From the NCBI GenBank assembly GCA_050177605.1, contig JBFXGX010000039.1:1-12064 (forward strand): a DNA stretch of 12,064 bases, in the 5' to 3' direction. Under the pieces are notes generated by a model. It saw nothing but the letters and a program-made list of their open reading frames with translations. It did not search any database and was not told the origin of the DNA. This stretch comes from Candidatus Izemoplasmatales bacterium (GTDB lineage Bacteria; Bacillota_I; Bacilli_A; Izemoplasmatales; Hujiaoplasmataceae). Made by a program: the position numbers and the translations under genes. This document shows positions 1-7,404 of the stretch, one piece after another (position 1 is the stretch's first letter; each line of letters starts with the position of its first letter).

Positions 1-1079
1 AGGGTCAAGATGATCAGTGCATAAACCAGGTAGGAAGGACTTGTACTATATGCTAGAATGAGGGTAATTAAACTAACTAAATTGAATAGCCATATGAATT
101 TAAGTTGTACCCCAAAGAGGATTGTAGAAATGTATCGAAGAGAGTAAATCATATAAACTAAATCAATAAATAAAAGACCTCCAATCACATAACCAGCTGA
201 TGTCAAATTGCTTCTATAATCGATGAAATTCATAACAATCCCTGCAATTGCTAGTGCTATAAAGAGGAATACAAACACATAAAAAAGGTCAAATAATATA
301 TAGAAAATAGGTTTTACATATGTGCTTACTTTGTATTCACGAACATCTTTCATATTCCTTTTATCGTAGATGTATTCTTTTTTTAGTTCTTGTAATTTTT
401 TTAAGTAGACTGCCATTCTTTTAGTCATATCAACAAGTAATTCGCCGATATTGAGAGACTTATTCTTCTCATTGTAAATGTTTTGAGAAAAAACTACTGT
501 TGAACAAATGAAAATAATCGCTTGAGATAAGAACAGATAATAATTGTTAAGTATACCAAAAATACTAAATGCAATAATAACAAAGTAAGAGACGTAAACA
601 TAAATATAAAATAGTTTCGTTTTTTCCATTACTCTGGCGAGTAAGAAGATATTAATGATTAAATATGAAATCAAAATCAAAAATACAATCCACGAATATA
701 TGATTATATTTCCAGAAATACCATTTGCAATGACTTCATATCCCTTTAAGATGGTTGTCATCCCGTAGTATGGGAATTGCACAAAGGATAATAGGTAAGC
801 AAAAAATACCAATATTGAAAAAGTGAGTGAAATAATAATCTTACGTTTTTCAACATCAATAAACTTTGATCTTTTCTCACCATTAATTAACTCATTGATT
901 GAAATATCATATAAAATGCTTAGCTTCTCAAGAATCTCAATGTCTGGAAAAGACTCCCCTCTTTCCCATTTTGAAACTGCTTGAGTCGATACATTGCAAA
1001 GCATTGCGACATCTTTTTGTGTTAAGTTTCTTTTCTTTCTAGAATCGAGTAAAAATAAGCCCATATTATTTGCATCCAT
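1..1079 (-). CDS. XRE/Cro-CI family HTH transcriptional regulator fused to a multi-pass membrane domain (3' end runs off the window)
   Basis: Not in the ORF track because it has no stop inside the window. Translated by hand: ATG at 1079 with AGGAGG upstream, and an open frame of 359 codons to the left edge. The N-terminus MDANNMGLFLLDSRKKRNLTQKDVAMLCNVSTQAVSKWERGESFPDIEILEKLSILYDISINELINGE is a classic HTH_3 domain, followed by about 8 hydrophobic segments. Confidence 0.93.
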   Translation of the reverse strand, partial: MDANNMGLFLLDSRKKRNLTQKDVAMLCNVSTQAVSKWERGESFPDIEILEKLSILYDISINELINGEKRSKFIDVEKRKIIISLTFSILVFFAYLLSFVQFPYYGMTTILKGYEVIANGISGNIIIYSWIVFLILISYLIINIFLLARVMEKTKLFYIYVYVSYFVIIAFSIFGILNNYYLFLSQAIIFICSTVVFSQNIYNEKNKSLNIGELLVDMTKRMAVYLKKLQELKKEYIYDKRNMKDVREYKVSTYVKPIFYILFDLFYVFVFLFIALAIAGIVMNFIDYRSNLTSAGYVIGGLLFIDLVYMIYSLRYISTILFGVQLKFIWLFNLVSLITLILAYSTSPSYLVYALIILT

Positions 1080-1106
1080 GGAAAACCCTCCTAAACTTAT
1101 AGTTAC

Positions 1107-1135
1107 ATTATAAAACAAATCCGCTAGTTTGTCGA
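1107..1135 (-). promoter_or_regulatory. Sigma-A-type promoter of the XRE gene
   Basis: Minus strand TCGACA (1135-1130), 17-bp spacer, TATAAT (1112-1107), just upstream of the RBS. Confidence 0.7.
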
Positions 1136-1172
1136 TTTACTTTAAGTTGAAAGTCATCAACCACCAGTTGAT
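1136..1172. promoter_or_regulatory. Tandem putative XRE operators, TCAAC-N5-GTTGA
   Basis: Perfect ATCAAC-cacca-GTTGAT at 1156-1172 and degenerate TTTAC-tttaa-GTTGA at 1136-1150. The cores are 21 bp apart. Confidence 0.6.
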
Positions 1173-1325
1173 AACCCAAATTTGTGATTATTTTAAACAA
1201 TGGAATTAGTTTGATTTTATATTCTTGTTGAATACTAATTAAGTTATTCCATCTAATGAAAAAATAACCTTTCGGAAAAATAATTTAATTATTTTTAATT
1301 ATTTTGTATTCTTTTTAAATATTTA

Positions 1326-1355
1326 TGGTATAATATGGATGAAATTGATAGGAGG
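1326..1355 (+). promoter_or_regulatory. Extended -10 promoter and RBS for the 1364 ORF
   Basis: TGgTATAAT at 1326-1334 and AGGAGG at 1350-1355. Confidence 0.65.
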
Positions 1356-1363
1356 TATTACAG

Positions 1364-1861
1364 ATGGGACTCAATTATAATCCTGGAAATTATGCAATCA
1401 ACAGATACTTTCAAAACGCTGATACAAAAATAGAAAGAGAAAAGGCCAACACTTCAGCTATTGCAAATTACATGCGAAAAAATAAGAATTTTCCAACGCT
1501 GAACCCTGGAGAAGAGTGGAAAATCACTTATTATCGAAATAAGGCAATTCTTGCTATTACTATATTTCATTTTCTATTTACGAATGATGATGGTGTTCTT
1601 ACTAAAAAAGAAGTGAAGTTGATCGATAAATATCTAAAACTACACAAAATCTTTTTTACCGAAGAGGACAACATATATTTCGCTACGATGCCTACTCCTT
1701 ACCCCAAAGAAAACCTGCTCAAATATATCCAAGATAACAAAATGCAAAAAAATATCTTTAATGATGCTATCCGCGATGTGAAAGCAACCATTAAGAAAGA
1801 TTTTACTTATAGAAACATTTTGACTAGGCTATCTGAATACATGAGTCAATTCATAGATTAA
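1364..1861 (+). CDS. Hypothetical protein, possible TerB-like helical domain
   Basis: 165 aa, strong RBS, own promoter and terminator. A hydrophobic helix followed by NDDGVLTKKEVKLI resembles the TerB 'ADG-x4-E-x3-I' motif. The CDS is secure; the family call is weak. Confidence 0.6.
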   Translation: MGLNYNPGNYAINRYFQNADTKIEREKANTSAIANYMRKNKNFPTLNPGEEWKITYYRNKAILAITIFHFLFTNDDGVLTKKEVKLIDKYLKLHKIFFTEEDNIYFATMPTPYPKENLLKYIQDNKMQKNIFNDAIRDVKATIKKDFTYRNILTRLSEYMSQFID

Positions 1862-1889
1862 ACTTGCATACAACAATGCAAGTTTTTTT
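1861..1889 (+). terminator. Rho-independent terminator
   Basis: AACTTGCAT-acaaca-ATGCAAGTT followed by a T run, directly after the TAA stop. Confidence 0.8.
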
Positions 1890-1908
1890 ATTCGAAATAT
1901 ATCTTTTT

Positions 1909-1937
1909 TTGACATATGTTCAAAATAAACCTTTAAT
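1909..1937 (+). promoter_or_regulatory. Sigma-A-type promoter of the flavoprotein gene
   Basis: TTGACA (1909-1914), 17-bp spacer, TTTAAT (1932-1937). An alternative TGtTAATAT lies at 1952-1960. Confidence 0.6.
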
Positions 1938-1972
1938 TCGCTATAAAACTGTGTTAATATTATAGCGGTATA

Positions 1973-1988
1973 TGATGTTTAAACATCA
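1973..1988. promoter_or_regulatory. Putative repressor operator (perfect 16-bp palindrome)
   Basis: TGATGTTT-AAACATCA lies between the promoter and the AAGGAG RBS of the 2019 ORF. Confidence 0.55.
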
Positions 1989-2018
1989 AACTATATGAAA
2001 AAATGAAGGAGAAAGACT

Positions 2019-3371
2019 ATGCAAAAAAAAGACATTATTGTCATCGGTGGTAGTGCTGCTGGTTTGGTTGCGGCACTCACTTCAAAGTTATCTTATCCAA
2101 ACAAAACTGTTGCTTTATTCCGTAAAGAAGAAAAAGTAATGATTCCATGTGGTATTCCTTATATCTTCGGTTCTCTGAATTCTTCAGATGAAAACATTTT
2201 ACCAGATGGTGGTTTAATTCAAGCTGGCGTTGAAATCATCGTTAATACGATTGACTTAATCGACCACGAAAACCATAAAGTAGTTACCGTTAACGGTGAA
2301 ACTTATGAATATGAAAAAGTAATCATCGCTACTGGTTCAACTCCATGGGTTCCAAGTTTCATCGAAGGAACGGACCTTGAAAATGTATTTACAATTCCAA
2401 AAAACAAAAACTATTTAGACAAACTAGCTGAAACAACGGCTCCAATGAAAAAAATCGCAGTCATCGGTGCTGGATTTATTGGCGTGGAAGTTTCAGATGA
2501 ATTAGTAAAACGAGGTAAAGAAGTTTTCTTAATAGAATCCAGAGAAAACATCTTAGGTGGAACATTTGATGAGGAAGCTTGTCAAATCGCTGAAGAAACA
2601 TTAACAGCGGATGGTGTTAAAATTATGACCTCCGCATATGTATCAAAACTTGATGGAGATAAAGTTGTCAACAAAGTGGTATTTAAGGATGGATCCACAT
2701 TAGAAGTGGATGCTGTTATATTATCAATTGGATACAAACCAAATATCGAGCTTGCTAAAAAATCAGGTATTAGCGTCAATAATCAAGGCGCGATTAAAGT
2801 AGACTCCTTTATGAGAACACATCAAAAAGACGTATTTGCTTGTGGAGACTGTGCCCAAAAGCGCGACTTTATCACAGGGAAAATTATTCCAATTATGTTA
2901 GCTTCTACTGCTTGTGCTGAAGCTAGAGTAACCGCAATGAACTTATATGAACTTAATACCATCCGTATGTTCAACGGAACAATTGGAATCTATTCAACGG
3001 TTATTGGAAAAACTGCATTCGGTGTTGCAGGAATCACCGAAAAAACCGCTAAAGCTGAAGGTTTCGGTGTGTTAACAGGATCGTTTAAAGGAATGGATCG
3101 TCATCCAGGGAAATTAAATGGTGGTCAATCGCAATTCGTAAAAATTATCGCAAACAAAAACACAGGATTAATTATGGGCGCAGAAGTTATTGGAGGAAAT
3201 TCAGTTGGTGAACTTACTAATGTTCTTGGCTTTATTATCCAAAACAAAATGACAGTGTCTGATGTCATGGTCGCTCAAATTGGAACGCAACCAATGATTA
3301 CTGCTTCCCCTGCAGCATATCCTCTTGTAAAAGCTGCTGAGGTAGTTTATCGCAAGATGATTAAGGCGTAA
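2019..3371 (+). CDS. FAD-dependent pyridine nucleotide-disulfide oxidoreductase (NADH oxidase / CoA-disulfide reductase family)
   Basis: GGSAAG FAD-binding motif, single redox Cys in PCGIPY, ATG motif (IIATGS), GAGFIGVE with a downstream Glu (LIES, NADH-type), T-x4-VFACGD, and a C-terminal dimerisation domain; 450 aa. Confidence 0.92.
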   Translation: MQKKDIIVIGGSAAGLVAALTSKLSYPNKTVALFRKEEKVMIPCGIPYIFGSLNSSDENILPDGGLIQAGVEIIVNTIDLIDHENHKVVTVNGETYEYEKVIIATGSTPWVPSFIEGTDLENVFTIPKNKNYLDKLAETTAPMKKIAVIGAGFIGVEVSDELVKRGKEVFLIESRENILGGTFDEEACQIAEETLTADGVKIMTSAYVSKLDGDKVVNKVVFKDGSTLEVDAVILSIGYKPNIELAKKSGISVNNQGAIKVDSFMRTHQKDVFACGDCAQKRDFITGKIIPIMLASTACAEARVTAMNLYELNTIRMFNGTIGIYSTVIGKTAFGVAGITEKTAKAEGFGVLTGSFKGMDRHPGKLNGGQSQFVKIIANKNTGLIMGAEVIGGNSVGELTNVLGFIIQNKMTVSDVMVAQIGTQPMITASPAAYPLVKAAEVVYRKMIKA

Positions 3372-3384
3372 CTAAAATAAACAT

Positions 3385-3454
3385 AAATGGCCATTCTGTG
3401 GATGTAACTCTTTACAAAAGGAGTACAATGATGTTCTACGAATGGCCATTTTTT
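3385..3454 (+). terminator. Long stem-loop with T tail, probable terminator
   Basis: AAATGGCCATTC (3385-3396) pairs with GAATGGCCATTT (3440-3451), the interior also pairs, and a T run follows. Confidence 0.6.
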
Positions 3455-3503
3455 ATTGATATAAATCAAATGCATAAATCTTTCTGTTTAAGTCTATATT
3501 GTG

Positions 3504-3520
3504 TATAATATACCTATAAT
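3504..3520 (+). promoter_or_regulatory. Candidate -10 boxes for the hydrolase gene
   Basis: TATAAT at 3504-3509 and 3515-3520, inside an inverted repeat TCTATATT (3493-3500) / AATATAGA (3518-3525). No good -35. Confidence 0.4.
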
Positions 3521-3545
3521 ATAGATTCATTTAGAGGGGTGTCCC

Positions 3546-4256
3546 ATGAAAATATTAAAGAAGATTCTTTTATCAATCGTCATACTTATCGCAGTATTAT
3601 TTGCTGCATTATTCATCTATTCAAGTAATCCATATCAACCGCTAGAAGCGATGACAGCACAAATAGAAACATTAAATACGGATTCCATAACAATTGAAGA
3701 AAAGTCCAATTCAATAACTTACACAGTACCAAATCCAAGCGCAAACATATTGTTTATCCCTGGAGGTCTCGTTAACCCACACAGCTATGATTACTTAAAT
3801 ATACAACTTGCATTAGCGGGATATAATGTGACTGTCTACAAACCTCCATTCGACTTAGCCATACTATCACCAAACGCAGCTTCTAGATTTCTTAAAGATG
3901 ATATGGATAATATTATCATTGGACATAGTCTAGGTGGAGTTGTAGCAAGCATGATTGCTAGCAAATCAGATCTAATATCAAAAGTAATTCTACTCGGAAG
4001 TTATCCAATCAAGGATATAACGGATAAACAAGTGCTCATCCTTACTGCAGAATTTGATTTAGGTATGGACCAAACAAAATTTGATGAAAGTCTCCAATAT
4101 GTGAATGATAATGCAATCGTCTTTGATATCATAGGAGGAAATCATGCACAGTTTGGTTGGTATGGTCCTCAAAAAGGTGATGGAGAAGCAGATATTACTA
4201 CACTCGATCAACAAGATATTGTAATTGCAAAAATAATAGACTTCATACAAACATAA
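3546..4256 (+). CDS. Membrane-anchored or secreted alpha/beta hydrolase (Abhydrolase_5-type carboxylesterase)
   Basis: Basic N-terminus plus hydrophobic helix, IPGG oxyanion loop, GHSLGG nucleophile (Ser128), AEFD acid, and GGNHAQFGWYGPQKGDG catalytic His motif. Confidence 0.9.
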   Translation: MKILKKILLSIVILIAVLFAALFIYSSNPYQPLEAMTAQIETLNTDSITIEEKSNSITYTVPNPSANILFIPGGLVNPHSYDYLNIQLALAGYNVTVYKPPFDLAILSPNAASRFLKDDMDNIIIGHSLGGVVASMIASKSDLISKVILLGSYPIKDITDKQVLILTAEFDLGMDQTKFDESLQYVNDNAIVFDIIGGNHAQFGWYGPQKGDGEADITTLDQQDIVIAKIIDFIQT

Positions 4257-4287
4257 AGGCACGAAAATTTCGTGCCTTTTTCTTTTT
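4255..4287. terminator. Terminator between convergent genes, possibly bidirectional
   Basis: AAAGGCACGAA-aat-TTCGTGCCTTT, then TTCTTTTT on the plus strand; shorter T tract on the minus strand. Confidence 0.85.
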
Positions 4288-4299
4288 GTATGAGAGATT

Positions 4300-4698
4300 T
4301 TACCAGAACAATTGATATAAATAATAAGTCGCTACAGAAATCACAGTTGACAAAGTAGTTCCCCACACCAAGTCGACCACGGTCACAACAATTGGCCAAT
4401 CCTTCACAGTAGCTAAATTCGTAAGGTCATAAGTAGCATAGGTTATTAATCCAAACAAAATGCCACCAAGAATAACCTTTCCAATACTTTGTGCATCAAC
4501 TCCTGGTTGAATTACAAAGTATACAAGACCCACAATAAACACTAAATAAAATACTAGTGCCGCAATATAATTGGGTGTTTCTTTCATCAAGAAACCTAAG
4601 TTATCTTTATAGAACTTGTTCGCTACGAGTGATAACCAAACTGCATCAACCAATAAAAAGACGATAAAAGCGACTAAATATAATTTTAAAAACGTCAT
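4300..4698 (-). CDS. DUF2177 family membrane protein
   Basis: 132 aa with about 4 TM segments. D-x2-WL at the N-terminus and the YATYDLTNLATVKDWP...DLVWG signature. Confidence 0.88.
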   Translation of the reverse strand: MTFLKLYLVAFIVFLLVDAVWLSLVANKFYKDNLGFLMKETPNYIAALVFYLVFIVGLVYFVIQPGVDAQSIGKVILGGILFGLITYATYDLTNLATVKDWPIVVTVVDLVWGTTLSTVISVATYYLYQLFW

Positions 4699-4708
4699 AA
4701 TTCTCCTC

Positions 4709-5461
4709 CTATTTTTTTAAGAACGGGATAAATGCACTCGTATGTTTAGCATATTGATCCCATCCTGGATATTTTGACATACGTTTTTCTAAGAGAGGTA
4801 CCCCGCTCACATATCGTAATAATAGTGTAATTGTAAGTGGTGCGACAATCAAATAAATTGGACCACCTCCGATGGTGACGACTAACCATATGCCCCACCA
4901 AATAACGGATTCTCCAAAATAATTTGGATGCCTTGTATACTTCCAAAGACCTGTTTGAATTAAAGTTCCTTTTGTTGATGGATGATTGACATGGTTTCTT
5001 AACTGTCTATCTCCAACAACTTCAAAGAAGTATCCAATCAGAAATACAATGACTCCGAAGATCATCCAACCATTCAAATGTAGCCCATACCAATTGGCGT
5101 AATTCACCGCTAACCCAACAACGAACATAAAGAATCCTTGGAATAGATATACCTGTAAAAAAGCGCGTGGTATCACGTATTTTCCCCAGTCTTCGCGCCA
5201 TTTTTTATACCGAAAGTCCTCTTCTTTAAAAAGATTCCGTTTCAGAATATAATAAAACAGTCGCAATCCCCATAAGCTAACCAAAATATTAATCATGATT
5301 TTGTCCCAACCGAAATCTCCAGAAAGAAACATCAATACCCAAGCAACCAGGACAAAACCAAACCCCCATCCTACATCAACGATACTGTTATTTTTTAGTA
5401 TCGTTCCTACTAGGAAAAAGAGAAAGAAATATACAAAAATGATCAGTGCTGCAAACGCCAT
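4709..5461 (-). CDS. DUF1295 family membrane protein (steroid 5-alpha-reductase-like / ICMT-fold superfamily)
   Basis: NNSIVDVGWG, WGLRL, EDFRY, FEVVGDRQL, TGLWKYTRHPNYFGE, SGVPLLE and a terminal FIP motif; multi-TM; 250 aa. Confidence 0.9.
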   Translation of the reverse strand: MAFAALIIFVYFFLFFLVGTILKNNSIVDVGWGFGFVLVAWVLMFLSGDFGWDKIMINILVSLWGLRLFYYILKRNLFKEEDFRYKKWREDWGKYVIPRAFLQVYLFQGFFMFVVGLAVNYANWYGLHLNGWMIFGVIVFLIGYFFEVVGDRQLRNHVNHPSTKGTLIQTGLWKYTRHPNYFGESVIWWGIWLVVTIGGGPIYLIVAPLTITLLLRYVSGVPLLEKRMSKYPGWDQYAKHTSAFIPFLKK

Positions 5462-5470
5462 AATTACCTC

Positions 5471-7240
5471 CTAATTACGAATATAACCGATTGCGACTGT
5501 TCCAATACCACTATGAATTGCCACCGCACTCGATACTTCTGTTATATATTCTGGCCCAAAGCCAATAATCTCGGTAAACAAAGTTTGATAGGATTCAACT
5601 AAATCTTGGTTAAGGCAATGTACGAGACCATAAGCTTTAATTCCCTTCTCTTGCATCTCTTTCTTAACTAGGTTAATAATCTTTTTAGTGATCCCTTTTT
5701 TAGAAAACGCCATACCATAGGCTGCACCTTTTCCCTCTTTATCAAGAGTCATAATTGGACGCATTTTGATGAAATTACCGATTTTTCCAACAGCTTTTGG
5801 GACACGGCCACCCATCATAGCGTACTTAAATGTGTCCAAACAAACTAAAATACTTGTCTTATGTTTGTATTCTTCAACCCACTTCACGACTTCATCTAAT
5901 GCAATGCCTTCATTTAACATCTCTACCGATTTCTTTACCAACAAACCCTCTGTAATCGAGTTATTTAAAGAATCAATTAAATGAATTACCTTTCCTTGTT
6001 GAACATAGGGCTTGATTGCTTCTTGTAAAAGACCATATGTCGCACTCAATTTGGATGCGACAGAAATAAACAAAATCTGATTAAAACGTTCAGTTGCCTT
6101 TTCTAGCAAAGTTTGAATCATTTGAAGCGTTGGCGTAGAGGTCGTAGGATATTCTGATGAATTTTGTAAAAGCTCGAAAAGAATCTTGTTGTTGATGGTA
6201 AGTTTATCATAATAATTAACACCATCCACATTTACTCCCATCGGTAAAACAACAATGTTATTTTCATTAATAAAGTCTTGGTTTATATCAGCGATAGAAT
6301 CCGTAATTACTAAAGTTTTCTGATTACTTTTGCCTAGTGCTATATCCAAAATCATATTGTCCACTTTCTGACTGATAATCACACCGTAGTTCTGTAGCTC
6401 TTGAAAAACAATTTCGGGGGAATTAGTATGGATGTGAATTCTAAAAATATGCATTCCTTTCGCAATGATAAGCGAATCTCCATATTGTTCCAAAGATTTT
6501 CGTAATGTTGCCTCATCAAAGGATTGATTCGTCCGAATCAAACCTTCTGTACAGTAACGAAATGCAACATCCTCATCATGATGGTGCACATCCTCAATTT
6601 CAATAATTTCTGAATCCATTGTCTCTAGCGTTTCGTTATTGTAATAACTATTAATTCCTTGTAAGAATAAAACGAATCCCATCGCTCCACTATCTACTAC
6701 GTTGTTCTTTTGTAAAACCGCTAAACGATGTTTCGTATTCTCAAGACTTTGTTTTGCATATTGAAAAGCTTGATCAAATACATGCTTTACATTATCAAAT
6801 TGATGTTTAACGATTTCAGAAAGACTTGCACCCCAGTCCTTGATGACTGTAAGCATTGTTCCCTCTACTGGATTGGACACAGAAGCGTAGGTGTATTCTA
6901 CACTCGTATTTACCATCAATGCAAATTCTTCAATCGTAACTTCTTCTTTTCCTTTCGATGCACTTCGAAGTCCATTGACAAATTGCGCAAAAATCACTCC
7001 ACTGTTTCCCCTGGCGCCATATAAAACTGAGTCACTTATTGTTTCCAAGGATTTGTGAAAAGAACGGTCTTTCTTTGCTTGTTTGAGAATAGCTTGCATC
7101 GTTGAAGCTAAGTTGTTTCCGGTATCGGCATCAGGAACTGGAAAAACATTAATATCATTTAATGCTTTTCTCATATTTGTTATCTTGATTGTTCCATAAT
7201 GGAACATATCATATAAATCATAACCATTGATAGTATTCAA
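5471..7240 (-). CDS. DAK2-DegV fusion (fatty acid kinase FakA-like domain fused to a FakB-like fatty-acid-binding domain)
   Basis: TTG start with AAAGGAGG RBS. FakA motifs NVFPVPDADTG, GARGNSGVI, PVEGTMLTV, VVDSGA, YCTE and HIHT. DegV motifs ITDSIAD, PTTSTP, SKLSATY, IDS, GGR and HSG. Confidence 0.92.
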   Translation of the reverse strand: MNTINGYDLYDMFHYGTIKITNMRKALNDINVFPVPDADTGNNLASTMQAILKQAKKDRSFHKSLETISDSVLYGARGNSGVIFAQFVNGLRSASKGKEEVTIEEFALMVNTSVEYTYASVSNPVEGTMLTVIKDWGASLSEIVKHQFDNVKHVFDQAFQYAKQSLENTKHRLAVLQKNNVVDSGAMGFVLFLQGINSYYNNETLETMDSEIIEIEDVHHHDEDVAFRYCTEGLIRTNQSFDEATLRKSLEQYGDSLIIAKGMHIFRIHIHTNSPEIVFQELQNYGVIISQKVDNMILDIALGKSNQKTLVITDSIADINQDFINENNIVVLPMGVNVDGVNYYDKLTINNKILFELLQNSSEYPTTSTPTLQMIQTLLEKATERFNQILFISVASKLSATYGLLQEAIKPYVQQGKVIHLIDSLNNSITEGLLVKKSVEMLNEGIALDEVVKWVEEYKHKTSILVCLDTFKYAMMGGRVPKAVGKIGNFIKMRPIMTLDKEGKGAAYGMAFSKKGITKKIINLVKKEMQEKGIKAYGLVHCLNQDLVESYQTLFTEIIGFGPEYITEVSSAVAIHSGIGTVAIGYIRN

Positions 7241-7330
7241 AACTGTTCCTCCTTTTTGGTGTTCGGATGATTTTCTTCTTCAATTTCTATTGTAAATCCG
7301 CATGTTTATAAATTCAACTATGTGTGTAAC

Positions 7331-7336
7331 ATTATA
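7331..7336 (-). promoter_or_regulatory. Candidate -10 box for the DAK2-DegV operon
   Basis: TATAAT on the minus strand about 90 bp upstream of the TTG. The -35 position (TGGAAA) is poor. Confidence 0.35.
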
Positions 7337-7404
7337 TAAGAAATTCATATTAATTTCCATTAACTTGCTTGGTACAGTATTTATCGAGATAACCAACCAT
7401 CAAG

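Noticed and set aside
1276..1305. AAAAATAATT-T-AATTATTTTT palindrome and TTAATTATTTT repeat
   Set aside because: Pure A/T low complexity; at most an UP-element-like tract.
1..1861. Divergent XRE gene plus small ORF as a prophage cI/cro switch
   Set aside because: The XRE protein is a multi-TM protein, the divergent ORF has no HTH, and there is no integrase or phage gene in the window.
2582..2779. 65-aa minus-strand ORF
   Set aside because: Antisense shadow inside the oxidoreductase gene, with no recognisable motif.
3385..3454. 3' hairpin as a SECIS element
   Set aside because: The upstream CDS has no in-frame TGA (its redox residue is TGT Cys) and ends in TAA. Bacterial SECIS elements lie immediately after the UGA.
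4059..4399. 67-aa and 63-aa minus-strand ORFs (4059-4262 and 4208-4399)
   Set aside because: They overlap real genes and run into or across the terminator, with no protein-like features.
4746..4946. 66-aa alternative-frame ORF
   Set aside because: It lies wholly within the intact DUF1295 gene, and no frameshift is needed to explain either.
5766..7024. 72-aa and 98-aa plus-strand ORFs (5766-5984 and 6728-7024)
   Set aside because: Antisense shadows of the DAK2-DegV gene.
7280..7303. Minus-strand mini-ORF MRIYNRN in the leader of the lipid operon
   Set aside because: No RBS, and no attenuator hairpin with a U tract downstream of it.
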